Shown: one piece after another, positions 59,849 to 64,000 of the stretch
Layout of the letters: each line of letters opens with the position of its first letter
Position numbering within the stretch: the first letter of the stretch is position 1
DNA from: Raillietiella orientalis
Lineage: Eukaryota
Direction of reading: 5' to 3'
NCBI GenBank assembly: GCA_036172245.1
Contig: JAYWIR010000051.1
Coordinates: 1-64,000 of the forward strand
DNA length: 64,000 nt
Translations under genes and position numbers: made by a program
Notes under the pieces: generated by a model
The model's database searches: none
Told to the model about the DNA's origin: nothing
What the model saw: the letters and a program-made list of their open reading frames with translations, nothing else

Positions 59849-61786
59849 ATGGAACCCCTGCAGCAAAAGATGGATGTGGAGGCTGCTACTGGCAGTGGAG
59901 ACTCTTCTCCACTTGTCCGGTCCGCCTCTGATTCTTGTGTCTCGCCACCGGCGAGAAGCTTCGCCGCCGTCGTCAAGGCGGCGGCAGCCAACGGAGCACC
60001 GCCCGACGAAGCAGAGCTGCAGGCATATGCAGCCCATGGCTACAAGCCTGCGCTCTGCTATCCGGTGAGTGCTTCTATCTCCGACGGGGTCGGAGAAAAT
60101 TTGTGGGACGAGCTTTTGCGCGTCGGGGTCCTTCAGGACGACCTCCTGGCCGTCATGCCGGTTAACGCGCTCGGACACTGGGAGGTGCACTGCGAAGAGG
60201 CATCCCTAGTCCAGCGCCTTCTCCGCACCCCGCTAAATATCCGCGGGAAGGAGGTCGTCCCGTCGGCCATGGACCAGTCGTTCGTGGTCCGATTATCCGC
60301 CGTCCAGGTGGACACGCCCGATCGCGTGCTCGTCGCTGCACTAAGTGCATTCGCCACGGTGCACGCGCTGTGGAGAGCAGAAAATCCGATCAAAAGGATT
60401 GCATCTTTCTACAGCGGACTTGCCATGGCGCGTGTCACCATGGTGGATAGGAGGCAAATGCCTCCGCACTTGCAGGTGGGCGATGCGATCATCCACCTTA
60501 AATTTGCCGGTCAGCGACCGGCTTGCGGCATTTGCGGTGCAGAGGGCCACCGTGCGTGGACGTGCCCTTCACGCAACTGCCGCTATTCTAAACACCTCGG
60601 TTACTCCATCAAAGAGTGCGCCGAGCTGAAGAGAAAGCGGCAGGCGAAAAGCCGCCAACATTCGACCCCGTCCGCGCCGAAAAGATCACCCGTTGTGCCA
60701 CGGGAGAAATCTGGCGCGAAGGGCGGGGCATCTTCGAGTGGAGCTCCCGCGAAAAAGGACGCGGTTGCTTCAGGGAAGCCACCATCCCAGACAACCGCGC
60801 AGACGGGAAAGATGCCACGTCGCCCTAGGGGCAAATCGCCCCCTTCGAAGCAGCCTAAGAGTGCGGGCACGCACTCAATCAAGGCAGCTGAACCGTCCGC
60901 GTCCGCTTGCGCGTCCAGAGGAGCACACGGGAAACCGTGCGCGGGTACCCCCGGAGCTGCCTCTGAACGGCAGTCTCCTCCTACGGCGGTGGAGATCACG
61001 TCTTCCACGCCGAAGGTACGAGCAGCGAAGGCTGCAATAGCGCCTCGCGGGACGACGGCAATGACCGGCGTTTCGCCCGCATCGGCTAAGGAGCAGGTGC
61101 AGTGCGTAACGGGGACGGAGCCGTCTCCCGCCGCGAGCGCGAAACCTGAGCTCGCATCTCCGGCCAAACAATTGAGGGAGGCGTCGGCCTCCCAGGAGGG
61201 CGTCCCCGACGCGGGCTGGACTCGAGTCTCCAGGATGCCCACAAAGGGGAAGAAGAAGGTTGACCCTTCAATATTCCCCATCCTTAAGGTGGGTGGGAGG
61301 CAAAAGAGAAGCACGCCTAAGAAGGTGCGTACCCAGGTACGCACTACGGCTGCGTGCTCTGTCTCCGTCGCTTCGCGCGAGACGGCGGCTGCGGAAGCCA
61401 AAGCTCCGGAAGCTGCGTTGGCGACTGCGACGACCCCCGCGCGGGCAGGGCAAGCCTCCACCTGCCGAAACAAAAAGAGCCTGGCAAAACGCCAGTCTCG
61501 CGCCAGGCACTCGGATTCCGAGATGGAGTCCGAGTGCAAACAAATGGAGCGCGCATCCCGGGGTAAGCCGGTAGCGCGCCGGGCTAAAGTGCGAAAGCAC
61601 GAGCCTGTTGCCGGAGGCGGTTCCGGCTCCTGCACGGAGACCGAGGCGATGATCCTCGGCTCCCAGGACTCAGCTGGGCGCGATGTGGCGGCGAACGGGA
61701 GCGATTCCGCTTCCCAATCCGCTCTCCTACCAGCTGACTTCTCGCCGGACGGGGCGAGGAGCACGCCGTCATGTCCGCAGCAGTGA
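59849..61786 (+). CDS. Divergent ORF1 gag-like protein, about 645 aa, open
   Basis: CGICGAEGHRAWTC knuckle (second knuckle degenerate); GYKPAL.Y and VHALW shared with other ORF1s; start could also be 59843. Confidence 0.8.
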   Translation: MEPLQQKMDVEAATGSGDSSPLVRSASDSCVSPPARSFAAVVKAAAANGAPPDEAELQAYAAHGYKPALCYPVSASISDGVGENLWDELLRVGVLQDDLLAVMPVNALGHWEVHCEEASLVQRLLRTPLNIRGKEVVPSAMDQSFVVRLSAVQVDTPDRVLVAALSAFATVHALWRAENPIKRIASFYSGLAMARVTMVDRRQMPPHLQVGDAIIHLKFAGQRPACGICGAEGHRAWTCPSRNCRYSKHLGYSIKECAELKRKRQAKSRQHSTPSAPKRSPVVPREKSGAKGGASSSGAPAKKDAVASGKPPSQTTAQTGKMPRRPRGKSPPSKQPKSAGTHSIKAAEPSASACASRGAHGKPCAGTPGAASERQSPPTAVEITSSTPKVRAAKAAIAPRGTTAMTGVSPASAKEQVQCVTGTEPSPAASAKPELASPAKQLREASASQEGVPDAGWTRVSRMPTKGKKKVDPSIFPILKVGGRQKRSTPKKVRTQVRTTAACSVSVASRETAAAEAKAPEAALATATTPARAGQASTCRNKKSLAKRQSRARHSDSEMESECKQMERASRGKPVARRAKVRKHEPVAGGGSGSCTETEAMILGSQDSAGRDVAANGSDSASQSALLPADFSPDGARSTPSCPQQ

Positions 61787-62843
61787 TGCGTGGACTCGCG
61801 TCCGCTCGTCGCGTCAGCGTGGCCTGTTGGAATGTCAACGGGCTACGTGATGCTGACAAAAGGCGGACGGTAGCCAACGCTTTGCGCGCGTTCGATCTGG
61901 TGCTGCTGCATGAGATACATAGCATCTCCGAACGGCAGCCATCGGATCTGGAAGAGCGCGCGGGCGGAACGCTACACTGGCGGCAAGGCTCCGCGCACAC
62001 GTGCGGAGTCGCGTTCCTCGTGCGAGGCAGGGTGGCGGAGGCGGTGCGGAACGTTTGTTTCGACGAGGAAGGTCGTGTGGGCCAACTTGTCCTCAAGTGG
62101 TCTGAATCGATCGACATGGTCGTTACGAATATCTACGCGCCGAGCGGCGGCCGGCATTACGCCCAGCGACTTGCATTCCTGGGTGGCCTGCGCAGCCGCT
62201 GGCTCGCTGACTCCGGCCCTAACGTGGCGCACCTCCTTGCAGGAGACTTCAACGTCCACCTGCTAACAGAGGAGAGATGCCGCTTGAGGGAGAAGCAACT
62301 GGTGAGCGAGGTATGCGCGTCCGTGCGCGTGCAAAACTTGCTTGCTGGTGAGCCCGGGATGGAGAGATCGACGGACCATGCGTTCCTCGATGAACACCTG
62401 CTCTCACGAGTAGGTCGGAGAGGGCGTCTGCTGTCCGCGATTTCGGATCATCCTAGACTGGAGTTCGAGCTCCTCCCGCCTAGCAAAGGGCGTCCGATGA
62501 ACGTCTGGAGGTTGCCGGCCGACTGGCTTAGCAATTCGGAGGCGGCGGAGCATCTCCGCCAACACCTCCTGGGCTTCGCCATCTGTGAACTCGAGGAATG
62601 GGACGATCTGAAAAGATCGGTCCGCGAGTTCTGCTGCCGGTTCCCCTTGCACCTGCTTCCCCGCGGCTTCGGGGAGGGTGTCGCGAACAGCAGATCCTAT
62701 CTGCAGGCGCGTACCTTTTCACGATGCCCGGACGTCCGGCGTCTGGCGGAGTATAAGGCCAGGGCCGAGCGCCAGGATTGGCAGTCTGGAGCGGCTTGTC
62801 TGCTCGAAGACGCTGGCCAGGAATGCTCGGCTGCAGCCGAAGT
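61786..62843 (+). pseudogene. ORF2 APE domain and linker, truncated by insertion
   Basis: MRGLASARRVSVACWNVNGL...NIYAP...GDFN...SDH...RGFGEG. Confidence 0.88.
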
Positions 62844-64000
62844 TTGCCACCCGGATATGCCGGGGCATTTATTATTCTAATTTTCTACAAAAATTAGATA
62901 ATAAAGCCTTTCAAAAGTTAATTGTGGGAAACACTTGGTTTTCCCACCTTGGTTGACGTGTATGTTGCCGGTGCATAGACCGGTTAGGTCCATCCCCGAG
63001 GCGCATGGGAAGGGAAAACTAGAACAAAAACAAACAAAAAGAGAGATAACGGGGAGGGAAACAGTTGTATGGGGAGAGGTGGGTGGCAGGGAAGGGATCA
63101 ATGGGCGCCTGGGTCGGTCCTCCGCATCCTGTTCAGGATGCAGTCAAGTTCAGTTTTTATTGTGAAAGGTAGACGCCACCTTGTCGCCGTCTCTAAAGAA
63201 ATCGTCGTCCAGTGGATGGCGTCCCTGCATCTTGGGTCTCTTCTTCTGGCGTGCCACCTTTGCACAATGCCGCGCACGCAGCAGAGGACTGCTAGCGACG
63301 CAGCAGGGCGCAGGCCGTCACGCAGAGAGAAGCGACGGTAAATTTCCTTAGGGTCGCCTACTGGAACATGGAGGATTGGGGCGATTCGACTCCAGAGTCC
63401 AACCAGGGCGACACACTCGAAGGCAAGATGCGGGAAAGTTTCACTTTCTCCGCACTATACAATGCGGGCATCCACATTCACTAGTGTCCAGTGAGACAGG
63501 CGTGCTCTGCTTAACAGTCCCCAGTGCAGAAATAGCAACGCCGTCTCCTGCCACTTCAACGGAAGTGTACCGCAATCCCGAAACGCTGGGGGCCACCTCA
63601 CCTACTCCTAGGGTATCGCGAGCAGCACTTCCAAGCGCGCAAGTCCGTGAGGCGGGACGCTCGGGGTGGCAGCGTCTGTGAGCTCCCGAGTCGTCCACGC
63701 CTTTAAAGGTTTTTTCCTACCTTGGATGAGGCAGGACACTTCCCACGATGCCAGCTCGTTGCTGCTCCTACTGTTTTTCAGGGAGGACAGAATGGGGGCA
63801 AGGGAGCTGAAAGAAGCCCACAGGAACTTCCGGGGCGTGTTGATAATCTCCTGCAGCGGCTGTCGAGCGTACGGTCCTCGTTGTAGGCAGTTGTATTCCG
63901 CCTCGCTCGTGCCGTTGATCTTAGCCCACGGGGAAGCTGACTCCTGAAGCCAGGCAGTGCAGTTCGCGGGGATGCAGGAGATCCAGGTATTCTCCCTCAT
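62844..64000 (-). mobile_element. Family T-like 3' end, near-twin of 29596-30750; runs off the window
   Basis: Long identical stretches with 29930-30500; terminus at 62844-62874. Confidence 0.88.

Larger units (their letters stand above)
59759..62843 (+). mobile_element. Family M 5' half
   Basis: 5' motif GGACGTGTACTGTGTTGCTCC at 59764; open ORF1 and APE. Confidence 0.9.
1..64000. mobile_element. Nested cluster of L1/Tx1-type non-LTR retrotransposons filling the window
   Basis: Repeated APE motifs (WNVNG, LQEIH, NVYAP, GDFN, IDHVF, SDH), RT motifs (KAPGEDGLPAEF, NWRPIT, DLHKAFD, QGDSLSPLLF, YADD, KYLGVP) and CCHC knuckles on both strands; no intervening non-element DNA recognised. Confidence 0.95.

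Noticed and set aside
1..64000. Hundreds of overlapping ORFs, including long ones such as 22253-23851 (+), 25309-26661 (+) and 60601-61764 (-)
   Set aside because: They are antisense or off-frame shadows of GC-rich ORF1/ORF2 with no recognisable motifs of their own

Overview
The whole 64 kb reads as nested fragments and copies of eukaryotic non-LTR retrotransposons of the L1/Tx1 type. ORF1 is gag-like with two CX2CX4HX4C knuckles; ORF2 is APE endonuclease + reverse transcriptase (YADD) + C-terminal CX2C..H..C finger. I see no host genes, RNA genes or CRISPR. About 27 segments belong to at least 5 related families, given working names here: G (APE starts WNVNGLRD[D/E]GNRRDT), K (MPGIS.RRR..WNVNGMTDA), M (divergent ORF1, APE ..KRR.VA.ALRAFD), T (C-terminus with GDPK) and one outlier. 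Two copies are full length with target-site duplications: 21942-27622 (-) and 52053-57954 (+). The notable system is the insertion pattern. Elements insert into one another almost always antisense, at nucleotide-precise sites that appear family-specific and lie in conserved coding motifs: K at the RT (H/R)KAFD codons (14-bp duplication), G mostly at the GFG codons between APE and RT, M probably at the ORF1 ECSVVV codons. Elements end in AATAAA + a CCCGG/CCGGG hairpin + GTG + a ~4-nt tail rather than poly(A), start with GACGTG-N10-GCTCC, and join ORF1 to ORF2 by a one-base stop/start overlap. All alignments were done by eye; family assignments and boundaries without a TSD are approximate, and the host organism cannot be determined from this window.
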